Shown in pieces: positions 55,664 to 64,000 of a stretch of DNA of 64,000 bases. Each line of letters opens with the position of its first letter. The stretch's first letter is position 1. A program made the position numbers and the translations under genes. The notes below the pieces were generated by a model. It saw only the letters and a list, made by a program, of their open reading frames with translations, did no database searches and was not told the origin of the DNA. Source of the DNA: Nevskiaceae bacterium (lineage in GTDB: Bacteria > Patescibacteriota > Microgenomatia > PFEM01); contig DATLBE010000007.1 of NCBI GenBank assembly GCA_035527075.1, positions 463-64,462 of the forward strand. Direction: 5' to 3'.

Positions 55664-57135
55664 CAATCTTGAACGTTGGATTCTAATGAAAAAATTACAT
55701 ACTGGTTAGTCCGTTTAACCATTGGATAATTTTCAACCATGTATTGCCCAAATTCCAAGCTTTCCTCGAATTTAGTGGTGACATAAACAGTGGCTCCCAA
55801 ATTTTTGGCATTTTCAATCGATTCAGGAATGTTTGGAAAATATGAGGCATAACCACCAGTCCAACCATAGCGATTAGTATTGTAAAGAAGGGTGACATCA
55901 TTAGAATCACCAGTTAAAACTAAAGCATCTTTAGGAAATAACTGGTCAACTGCTTGCCCAGCCAAATCAACACCCCCTTGGATTAAATAAAAGCCTCGTA
56001 CTTCAAACCAAGAAAAACCGAGCATAAAAAGAACGCAGGCTAAAACCGCGATAAAACCAAGTAATCGAGAAAATTCTTTCCTCGCTCTGACTAAAAGCCA
56101 ATAAACGCTCTTGGCTAAAAAGACGGCGGCAATGGGAATAAAAGGAATTTGATAATAATCATGAGTAACGTTGCCGGCAGCCAAAACACATACATAAGCA
56201 AAAAACGAGACTAACCATAGGTGAAAAAACCAGCCTTCTTTTTCTTTTGGTTTTAAAATCAAACCAAAGACCAAAAGAGGTAACCCCCAGTAACCTAAAA
56301 TTAATTTACCTATTCTTTCAGCAAAAATCCATCGGAAAAAAGCAGGTCGAAAACGAATCCCTCCCTGATTAAAAAGCCAATCATAACGAGGAACTCCTTC
56401 AGGAAAACGAGCAATCCAAAGGCGCCAAGCTACAAATGGCAAAATCGCCAAAACAGAAAAAAGCCATAATTTTTTTTGTCTGAATAAATTAAACTGATAC
56501 CTCCGCCAAACTAGATAAAACATGGGTAAAGCCAGAAAAAGCGGAAAAGTTTTAAGAGCCAAAGACCAGGAGGTAAACAATAAGGCAAAAATAAACCTTT
56601 TAACTGAGTCATCTTTTGCCAGCCAACGATTAAAAAAATACAGCATACCCATGCTAGTAAAAAGCATCATTGGTTCTGGCAAAATTACCCTAGAATAAAA
56701 AATACTGTAAGGTAAAACGGCAGCAAAAAAAGCAGCCAAAAGACCAATCCATTCATTAAACAATTCTTTTACTAATAAAAACAGAAAAATTATCATTCCT
56801 AAAGAAAAAAGAATTGAAACCAAACGAGCCAAAAATTCTTGGACACCAAAAACTCGATAAAGACCAGCGACAATTGTCTGGTAAATTGGCGGTTCTACTA
56901 AAAAGAGACGCTTGGGATTAGGAGTGCCAATGTGAAGTGAAGTCATATTATCAATTCGGGGCTGGAAAAAATCAAATCCTTCTTTAATAAAGTTTCTAGC
57001 CACGGCAGCTGTGTCTGCTTGACGCCAGGAGTGATGATCGGCTAAGGGAATATTAATTTTATAAAGTCGCAAAGCCAATGCCAATAATAAAATTAAAAAC
57101 AGTGAAAACCATTGGTTAAAAATTGTTTTTTTCAT
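55663..57135 (-). CDS. GT-C (PMT/ArnT-like) membrane glycosyltransferase
   Basis: WRQADTA..ARNF, EPPIY, many TM helices. Confidence 0.85.
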   Translation of the reverse strand: MKKTIFNQWFSLFLILLLALALRLYKINIPLADHHSWRQADTAAVARNFIKEGFDFFQPRIDNMTSLHIGTPNPKRLFLVEPPIYQTIVAGLYRVFGVQEFLARLVSILFSLGMIIFLFLLVKELFNEWIGLLAAFFAAVLPYSIFYSRVILPEPMMLFTSMGMLYFFNRWLAKDDSVKRFIFALLFTSWSLALKTFPLFLALPMFYLVWRRYQFNLFRQKKLWLFSVLAILPFVAWRLWIARFPEGVPRYDWLFNQGGIRFRPAFFRWIFAERIGKLILGYWGLPLLVFGLILKPKEKEGWFFHLWLVSFFAYVCVLAAGNVTHDYYQIPFIPIAAVFLAKSVYWLLVRARKEFSRLLGFIAVLACVLFMLGFSWFEVRGFYLIQGGVDLAGQAVDQLFPKDALVLTGDSNDVTLLYNTNRYGWTGGYASYFPNIPESIENAKNLGATVYVTTKFEESLEFGQYMVENYPMVKRTNQYVIFSLESNVQD

Positions 57136-58591
57136 TTTCTTCTTCCGCCAGCTGTCGGACCAGCCTTAATCTAGTGATGCCAACCAAAATTCCCATTAAA
57201 ATCCAGAAGATAAAAGCAACTTTTGAAGCTACAAAAACATCAATAAAAACAGCATTAGCAAACATGCCAAGAATGGCACCACAGATACCCACTACTAATG
57301 CCTTCTCCAAATTTAATTTTACCTGAGTGAAAAAACTTAGCACTTGCCTACCAATCTCCAGGAATATTAAAAAGAAGGCGCCAAAACCCAGCAACCCAGT
57401 TTCCGCCAAAGTTCGCAAATAATCATTGTCTGTGGCTAAAGTAACTGAAGAATAACCAGTTCCCAAAAAGGGATTCTTAGCAAAAGCCCTTAAAGCACGA
57501 GGCCACTCAACTTTAAACCTAATCGCACTAGAATATTCAACCGCCAATTCTGTCGTCGGTTTCCATTCTTCCACCGCTGCCGCAGTGGCCACTTTTGTTG
57601 GCGTCGGTTTAAGAACAACGGGAGCTTCTTTAGAAAATGGCATTGTTTTCTTTTTAACAACAGGCTTAGTTGGAGTAGGCTTTAAAACTAAAGCCACTTC
57701 TCTTTCTTTTCTCGGAATCCAGCCTGTCAGGCCAGAAAGATCAATATCAAAAGTAGCCGCATATCTTTGACTAATATCCGACGATAAAAGCATAAAAACC
57801 ACACTTAAAACCAAAACCGGCCCAAGCCAACGATATTTTTTCAAACCAAGTAAAACAAAAGTAACGGCTACCAAATAGGCAACAAAAGAAACCCGAGAAG
57901 CAGTTAAAATCAAAAGATAAAAAGCCAGAAAAGCAACAATAAACATCGCTATTTTACTTAAACGACTCTTCAGACCAATAATAAACCCAGCTGATAAAGC
58001 CAAAAACAAAACTAAAAAAGCCGCTAAGTCATAATGACCGGCAAAAGTGGAGCTGATTCTAGCCCATTCATCAAGTTGTAATAACATACCTTTAGAAAAC
58101 TCTACATTCATGGTTGAAACTACTGGCCAGTTGAAAAACTTTTGGCCAATCCCATAAACAAAAATCCCAATTGTGGTCAAAAATAAAACTAAACCGTAAT
58201 TTTTAACATTTTTCAGGCTTCTGATAGAAGCCAAGGTAACAAAAAACAATGACATGTATTCAATCCGGCGCAAAAAATGAAGTAGAGCAATATGAGGAAC
58301 AACGTGTTTAGTAATGAAGATTGCACTAACCAAAGATAAAGCTCCGACTAACCAATAGAGAAGAATAAATTTTCCCACTTTATTCTTCAAAGTAGAAAAA
58401 CCTTTAAAAATTTCTAAAACAAACCAGATAAATAAAACTGAAACGACAAGCAAATCTTCAATTCTAATGGCGACATAAGTCCCCGGTACATTGAATAAGG
58501 GAAACTTGGGGTAAAGCGGAATAAACAACATTAAAGCTGCCACCGCTAAAAATAAAATGTTAATTCTAGGCAATTTTAAACGCTTCAGCAT
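57116..58591 (-). CDS. O-antigen ligase/polymerase-like membrane protein
   Basis: LTASR, NPFLGTG, DNDYLR.LAETGLLG. Confidence 0.8.
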   Translation of the reverse strand: MLKRLKLPRINILFLAVAALMLFIPLYPKFPLFNVPGTYVAIRIEDLLVVSVLFIWFVLEIFKGFSTLKNKVGKFILLYWLVGALSLVSAIFITKHVVPHIALLHFLRRIEYMSLFFVTLASIRSLKNVKNYGLVLFLTTIGIFVYGIGQKFFNWPVVSTMNVEFSKGMLLQLDEWARISSTFAGHYDLAAFLVLFLALSAGFIIGLKSRLSKIAMFIVAFLAFYLLILTASRVSFVAYLVAVTFVLLGLKKYRWLGPVLVLSVVFMLLSSDISQRYAATFDIDLSGLTGWIPRKEREVALVLKPTPTKPVVKKKTMPFSKEAPVVLKPTPTKVATAAAVEEWKPTTELAVEYSSAIRFKVEWPRALRAFAKNPFLGTGYSSVTLATDNDYLRTLAETGLLGFGAFFLIFLEIGRQVLSFFTQVKLNLEKALVVGICGAILGMFANAVFIDVFVASKVAFIFWILMGILVGITRLRLVRQLAEEENEKNNF

Positions 58592-59438
58592 AAGTTTGTT
58601 TAAGATAATTGTTGCCGGTCAGCCAACCAACTATTAACGAAATGGCTGCCTTTAATTTTAACATCATCTTAAGAATTGACAGCTGCCAAGAAGGACAATG
58701 TTTTTTATAAAAATAAATCAAACCGCGATAAATATTAAGAATCGGATCCTTCCGACCCGCCTTAGAACTTCCCCTGCCCAAGTGAATAATTTTGGGGCCT
58801 GGATAAAACATCACTTTGTAACCTGCTTTTTTTATCCGATAACACCATTCGATTTCATCCATATACATAAAAATGCCCTCATCCATAAGCCCTGCCTTTT
58901 TAATCACCTCTGGGCGAACCATTAAAGCCGCCCCCATAACCCAGTCAACCTCTTTTGTCTGGTGATAAGAAGTTCTCACTAAATTACCCAACCAATGTTC
59001 GAAAAAAAGCATTATGGCACTGACCAGTAAATTAGGAAAGGACCCAGCCGAAGGTTGAGGCGTTCTATCGGGATTAAGAAGTTTACAGCCAACTACACCA
59101 ACTTGCGGATGTTTATCCATAAATTCAGCCATTTTTAAATGAGCGTTATTCAAAATTACTGTATCTGAATTAAGCAACAAAAAATATTCCCCTTTGGCTT
59201 TCTTCATGGCCTGATTATTAGCGGCCCCGAAACCGAGGTTTTTTTTATTTTTGAGCAACACCACCATGGGAAATTTTTTCTCGATCATTTCTATTGAACC
59301 ATCGGTTGAACCATTATCAACCACAATAACTTCAAAACTACCTTGTTCTGGCAGCAAACTTCGCAAACACTTTACCAGAAGCTTTTTGGTATTCCAATTG
59401 ATGATAATAACGGAAACTTTTACTTTCTTTTTGACCAT
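58566..59438 (-). CDS. GT2 glycosyltransferase
   Basis: VVDNGSTDGS, NLGFG, LNSD, FMYMDE. Confidence 0.93.
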   Translation of the reverse strand: MVKKKVKVSVIIINWNTKKLLVKCLRSLLPEQGSFEVIVVDNGSTDGSIEMIEKKFPMVVLLKNKKNLGFGAANNQAMKKAKGEYFLLLNSDTVILNNAHLKMAEFMDKHPQVGVVGCKLLNPDRTPQPSAGSFPNLLVSAIMLFFEHWLGNLVRTSYHQTKEVDWVMGAALMVRPEVIKKAGLMDEGIFMYMDEIEWCYRIKKAGYKVMFYPGPKIIHLGRGSSKAGRKDPILNIYRGLIYFYKKHCPSWQLSILKMMLKLKAAISLIVGWLTGNNYLKQTYAEAFKIA

Positions 59439-60010
59439 AGAAAAGAAACCAGACTAACAAATTGATAAAAAATAATAACCGCCAACCCCACAATTCCCGT
59501 CCAAACTAACAGACGTGCCCAAATCGGTGAACGAACATAATGAAGAATAATTTTGGTGCTGAACCTCTTACCTTCGATTGAAAAATCAACTTCGGGTTTT
59601 TTAATTTGGTTACGGTAGGCTTCGTCTTGGCTAGGAATCCAACCGCTGATAAATAAAGATTCCCGGAGCGGATGAACCAATTCTTCATAAAAACTACTAT
59701 GAATCGTATCAACAATAGTTTCCAAAGCATATTCAGGGGGATGATTAAGGCGATAAGTAAATAAAGGAATACTTAAAAAAGTGGATTTTTTAAATTCTTT
59801 GGCATAAAAATCTATCACTTCTTGACGAGACAAATTAGTGTAATAAGCAACATAAATGGCAGGAATCTGACCGCTATCGACTGGCTCGGTCGATCTTAGG
59901 GAGTTGGGTAAAACAGGAACACTCGGTTCTGGGATAAGAAGGCAAACAACTCCTAAAACATAAATCGCTAAAACAACTATCAACAAACTCTTGGGGTTAA
60001 TTTTTTTCAT
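59420..60010 (-). CDS. Hypothetical two-TM protein
   Basis: RLNHPPE motif; within the operon. Confidence 0.75.
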   Translation of the reverse strand: MKKINPKSLLIVVLAIYVLGVVCLLIPEPSVPVLPNSLRSTEPVDSGQIPAIYVAYYTNLSRQEVIDFYAKEFKKSTFLSIPLFTYRLNHPPEYALETIVDTIHSSFYEELVHPLRESLFISGWIPSQDEAYRNQIKKPEVDFSIEGKRFSTKIILHYVRSPIWARLLVWTGIVGLAVIIFYQFVSLVSFLWSKRK

Positions 60011-60020
60011 TGTTTAATTC

Positions 60021-60617
60021 TTACTGAAATAATCTGGCTCGGCCAAGTCTATAGTGGAAATCTCTCAGTTTTCTTTCACCTATTTCCTGTGCAGGTACGC
60101 CACCGACAATTTTCCCTGGGGCTACATCTTTAGTCACTATCGCTCCTGCAGCCACCACCGCCCCTTTACCGATTTTTACACCCGGCAGAATTATGGCTCG
60201 AGGACCAATGAAAACATAATCACCAATCTCTACCGGTTCTTCGGTTACTTTAAACTCTGAATCATGAATTTGATGCTCGGAATTGTAAATTAAAACTTGC
60301 GAAGCAATGGCCGTATGACTACCGATTTTCAATTTTGCCCGGCCGTCAAGAAAACAATGGTCGCCAATAATCGTGTCATCACCAATAACAATATTTTGGG
60401 GCTGAAAAAAATTGGCCACCATATGAATGGTTGAACCCTGACCTATTTTTATACCGGCTAAACGGTAACAGAAATGGCGAAAACAGTGGCAAGGCAAATA
60501 ACCCACCCAGCGCAAAAGCATCAACTCAAAATCCAAAAAGCAATTTTTAATTCGATTAACAATCTTGGGCAACGCTTCTGCTAAAGTCAAGGGCCGCCCG
60601 GCTTTATCTTTAAACAT
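60021..60617 (-). CDS. Hexapeptide-repeat O-acetyltransferase
   Basis: [25 protein letters not shown]; SD AGGAGG before ATG 60617. Confidence 0.92.
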   Translation of the reverse strand: MFKDKAGRPLTLAEALPKIVNRIKNCFLDFELMLLRWVGYLPCHCFRHFCYRLAGIKIGQGSTIHMVANFFQPQNIVIGDDTIIGDHCFLDGRAKLKIGSHTAIASQVLIYNSEHQIHDSEFKVTEEPVEIGDYVFIGPRAIILPGVKIGKGAVVAAGAIVTKDVAPGKIVGGVPAQEIGERKLRDFHYRLGRARLFQ

Positions 60618-61719
60618 TTTCACCTCCTGTTCTTTCCAATATTTTAAGTGTTTCCTGAGCACATTTTTTCCAGCTAAATTGGCGACTTTGTTTGAATCCT
60701 TTTTTGATAAGCTTTTCTCGGTTTTCCATCGCTGCCCTTATTCCTCTGGCAATATCTTTAACATCATAAGGGTTAACCACCGCTCCCGCCTCCCCCACTA
60801 TTTCCGGCAAACTACCGGCATTTGAAACAACCACCGGTGTGCCACAAGCCATTGCCTCAATTGCTGGAATACCAAAACCCTCCCAAAAAGACGGCATCAC
60901 AAAAACCTCGGCGCCAGACATAAGCACTGGTACATCTCCTTCTTCAATAAATCCGGTAAAAATCACTTGCTTCCCTAACCCCAATTTTTTTACTTTTTCA
61001 AAAATCGTTTTAAACATCCATCCTTTGCGCCCAGCCACTACCAGCTGCAAGTTTTTCTCACCCAGACGAGCAAAGGCTTGCAGCAAACCCTCAATATTTT
61101 TGTTCGGTTTTAACGTGCCCAAAAAAAGAATGTAATTTTGTTTTATTTTATATTTTCTCTTAACCTCCTCAATTTTCCCTCTTGCCTCTTGCTTTTTGAA
61201 TTTTTCTTTATCGTATCCCGGATAAGTAATCTTAATTTTGTCCGGCTCCAAACCGTAGTATCTAATTATATCATTCTTAGTCGATTTGGAGATAGCTAAG
61301 ATATGAACCGCCCGCTTAATTGAGAGTAAGGTCCAAAATTTAAGTTTGGCCAAAATCGGCTTAGTAAACTGGTGTGGATATCGCAAATAGCCTAAATCCA
61401 TAATAGACACCACTAGCGGCGCAGGAGTAAACAGTGGACAATAATGACCTGGATTAAAGACTAAGTCAGGCTTGGGTCGCTGTTGAAACAAAGCGCGGGG
61501 CAGACCAAAAAAATTCCAAAGTCGGGGCGGGCCAACAACGCGATAGTGCCAATTTTTTCGCTCTTTAGGTAAATCAGGAAGAGGTAAACTCGGTAAATAA
61601 ACATGGTATTGATTTTTATAATCCAGCTGGTAAAGCGCTTTGATTAGTTCAAAAGCATACTGATTTGAACCAACTCGGTTTTTAACATTAGCTTCGTAGC
61701 CAATCAAACTAACTCTCAT
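60610..61719 (-). CDS. GT4 glycosyltransferase
   Basis: [14 protein letters not shown]. Confidence 0.93.
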   Translation of the reverse strand: MRVSLIGYEANVKNRVGSNQYAFELIKALYQLDYKNQYHVYLPSLPLPDLPKERKNWHYRVVGPPRLWNFFGLPRALFQQRPKPDLVFNPGHYCPLFTPAPLVVSIMDLGYLRYPHQFTKPILAKLKFWTLLSIKRAVHILAISKSTKNDIIRYYGLEPDKIKITYPGYDKEKFKKQEARGKIEEVKRKYKIKQNYILFLGTLKPNKNIEGLLQAFARLGEKNLQLVVAGRKGWMFKTIFEKVKKLGLGKQVIFTGFIEEGDVPVLMSGAEVFVMPSFWEGFGIPAIEAMACGTPVVVSNAGSLPEIVGEAGAVVNPYDVKDIARGIRAAMENREKLIKKGFKQSRQFSWKKCAQETLKILERTGGENV

Positions 61720-61721
61720 TT

Positions 61722-62846
61722 TTATTTTTGCCCCGTCGCTTCCTCATAAATTTTTAGGGTTTCTTTAGCTGCCTTTTCCCAAGAAAATTGCTTAACTTGA
61801 TTCAAGCCTGCTTTGATTAGTCTTTCTCTCTTTTCTATCGCTTCCTTTATGCCTCGAGCGATATCATCTGTATCAAGAGGATTAACTAAAACCGCGGCCT
61901 TGCCCGCCACTTCAGGCATGCTTGAGATATTGGACGTAAGCACTGGACAACCACAAACAAAAGCTTCTAAAATCGGAAAGCCAAATCCTTCATATAAAGA
62001 AGGATAAACCAAACAAGAAGCACCAGAATAAAGCCCCGGTAAATCTTCACTTGGAACATAGCCCGTGAATTTGATATTTGATATTTGATATTTGATATTT
62101 GAACTTTCTATATCTCCCCAGCCAAACTTGCCCACAATAACCAAACTAAACTCTGGATTATCACTTTCAAACCTTGAAAAGGCTTTTATTATGCGCTTAA
62201 AGTTTTTGCGCGGTTCAAGAGTGGCCACACAAAGAAGATATTTGCCTTTTATTTTATATTTCTTCTTCACTTGCTCTACCTCTTTTTTAGAGGCTCTTTT
62301 AAAATCTTCAAAAGCCGCTTCATAAACCACCCGAATTTTTTTTGTCGGAATTTCCAATAACTTAACTGCGTCTTTTTTAGTCGTTTCAGAAACAGCAATA
62401 ATTAAATCGCACTCATTTTTGACCAAAGCCAACCGCCTTTTCATCACCGCGGCAATTTTGGGATGAGAAACATTGGGGTGTCTCATAAAACCAAAGTCGT
62501 GAATGGTAGTCACCTTAGCGGCCTTGGTGGGCGGCTGAGTCCAATCAGAGGAATGAAAAACGTCAATCTTACCAATCAATTTTTCTACTGGCAAAAACCG
62601 AAACTTATTCCCCAAAATTTCAGCCAACGTTGGGGGGAAAGTAATGATTTTTGAGTTAAAGTTTTTATTGATTTTCTTAACTTCAGCGGCAAATTCTTGA
62701 AGAATATTCTTCAACCTTAATGAGCTGCCAAATAGGATATAGTCATTTTTTTTGTCAATCCTGGCTAAGGCCTTAACTAAATTCCGAGTATAAAAGGAAA
62801 CACCAGTACCATAAACTATTTGGCTGATATCAATGGCTATTTTCAT
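61722..62846 (-). CDS. GT4 glycosyltransferase
   Basis: EPRKN, EGFGFPILEA. Confidence 0.93.
   Translation of the reverse strand: MKIAIDISQIVYGTGVSFYTRNLVKALARIDKKNDYILFGSSLRLKNILQEFAAEVKKINKNFNSKIITFPPTLAEILGNKFRFLPVEKLIGKIDVFHSSDWTQPPTKAAKVTTIHDFGFMRHPNVSHPKIAAVMKRRLALVKNECDLIIAVSETTKKDAVKLLEIPTKKIRVVYEAAFEDFKRASKKEVEQVKKKYKIKGKYLLCVATLEPRKNFKRIIKAFSRFESDNPEFSLVIVGKFGWGDIESSNIKYQISNIKFTGYVPSEDLPGLYSGASCLVYPSLYEGFGFPILEAFVCGCPVLTSNISSMPEVAGKAAVLVNPLDTDDIARGIKEAIEKRERLIKAGLNQVKQFSWEKAAKETLKIYEEATGQK
62069..62102. repeat. 7-bp tandem repeat (TTTGATA) x about 4.7 inside a GT4 gene
   Basis: Directly visible; encodes NIKYQISNIK. Confidence 0.9.
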
Positions 62847-64000
62847 TGTTTTTGATAAACCCAAAGCGGAATTTGATTAAAATTAACCTCTTTTATTTTA
62901 ACAAAATTATTATCAGTTAACCAAAAAGAAATTTTTTCATCAGGGTCAAAAAGAGGCACCAAATAACAAATGTAGAAAATTTTATTTCTGTCAACTAAGT
63001 TTTGGCTACTCGTCCCCATTGCTAACGGAATTTTGTTTTTGGCATAGTAAGTATAGGGCCAGTGAGAGCTTAAAGAAGGCAAAAGTGCTACTGAATTTGC
63101 AATCTCTTGTTTTTCAATATAGCTCACCACTCCCCGCCAGTCTTCTCGATGAAAATAAGGGTTAGTATAGAAAACAGCGAGAGAAATCAAATTAACAGCC
63201 AAAATAAAGAAAATCAAAATCTGCCGTAAGCCAGAATTCGAAAACCGGGTTATCCCCAAACTGAGCAATAAATAAAAGGCAGGCAAAACTAAAAGCAAAC
63301 GGAAAGGCTGGTAATTAGGGATAAAAATAGAAATCAGCCAAGCAGAAAGGATTGGCACAACTAGCCACAACAAAATTGTTAATTGCCTTTTGTCAATTGT
63401 CAATTTTCTCTTCTGAAAAAATCCTCTAGCAATAATCACTCCATAAGCCAAAAACAAAACTCCGGCAATGACAGCATAAAGTTTTTTATTAAAAATTGTA
63501 ATTCTGCCAATAGAAAACTTAATAAAAGTCAACGGCAAAGCTTTCGTGAAATTGACATTAACCAATTTCCCCCACTCCGGCAGAGCCTGAATTGCCTGGC
63601 GGCCTACTTGGATTTGAGTCAAAAACATTGGCAACCAAGGAAGGAAAAATAAAAGACATAAAAACTGAAGAATCAAAAACGGGGCGGCTATAGCTTGAGC
63701 CAAAAGAACAAAAAGACCAAAATAATCAGAATAAAGAAGCAAAACTGTTGCCAAAACATAACCTATTTTTAGCGGTCGAGTGTTATTTTTCTTTTGGCAA
63801 CTGATTAACCTGACAAAGAAGTACATTGATAAGGCAGCAAAAAACGTGGTCATCGCATACATCCTCGCCTCTTGGGAATAATAAATGTGGAATGGGGCCG
63901 TACTCATCAAAAGGGCTACGATAATTGCCGATTGCCTATTGATATGGACCATTAATTTATAAACAACAAAGACTGTTGCTATACCAAACAAAACCGATGG
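62843..64000 (-). CDS. GT-C (PMT-like) membrane glycosyltransferase, 5' end outside window
   Basis: YYSQEARMY, REDWR, many TM helices. Confidence 0.85.
   Translation of the reverse strand, partial: PSVLFGIATVFVVYKLMVHINRQSAIIVALLMSTAPFHIYYSQEARMYAMTTFFAALSMYFFVRLISCQKKNNTRPLKIGYVLATVLLLYSDYFGLFVLLAQAIAAPFLILQFLCLLFFLPWLPMFLTQIQVGRQAIQALPEWGKLVNVNFTKALPLTFIKFSIGRITIFNKKLYAVIAGVLFLAYGVIIARGFFQKRKLTIDKRQLTILLWLVVPILSAWLISIFIPNYQPFRLLLVLPAFYLLLSLGITRFSNSGLRQILIFFILAVNLISLAVFYTNPYFHREDWRGVVSYIEKQEIANSVALLPSLSSHWPYTYYAKNKIPLAMGTSSQNLVDRNKIFYICYLVPLFDPDEKISFWLTDNNFVKIKEVNFNQIPLWVYQKQ

Noticed and set aside
22850-64000. Numerous 60-130 aa antisense or nested ORFs in housekeeping and GT genes
   Set aside because: Opposite-strand or alternate-frame shadows of well-supported genes, with no motifs
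1-64000. Genome-wide alternative genetic code (TGA recoded)
   Set aside because: Core genes such as rpmA, rplU, rodA, murG and recO end in TGA at expected lengths

Overview
Low-GC bacterial chromosome segment whose gene content and style (T4SS-type pilin, VirD4-like/Replic_Relax pair, alpha2-type GlyRS, type-2 IleRS, DUF4012, many GT4/GT2/GT-C genes) suggest Patescibacteria/CPR, probably Microgenomates (inference); standard code 11. Three blocks: (1) 1-19.3 kb accessory island ending at tRNA-Val(CAC); (2) 19.4-47.7 kb housekeeping genes (lepB, parB, rpmA/rplU, rodA, ileS, a near-complete dcw/mur cluster with only a 3' remnant of ddl, glyQS, recO); (3) 47.7-64 kb surface-glycosylation locus. 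The main discovery is in block 1: about 15 unrelated cargo genes are separated by about 19 copies of a modular junction (left arm GTTAKATTAA, core (T/C)RGCTC, then one of several interchangeable start-less peptide tails such as LPIVDEVRT, LPLVDLFRNQ, LEGRNLNITK). The junctions look like large-serine-recombinase att sites related to a tRNA-Asn-like 3' end, with a shorter-spaced tRNA-like half-site closing the array. This suggests an integron-like gene-cassette array driven by a serine recombinase, nested in a conjugation-like module. The recombinase gene itself is not in the window, so the mechanism is inferred.
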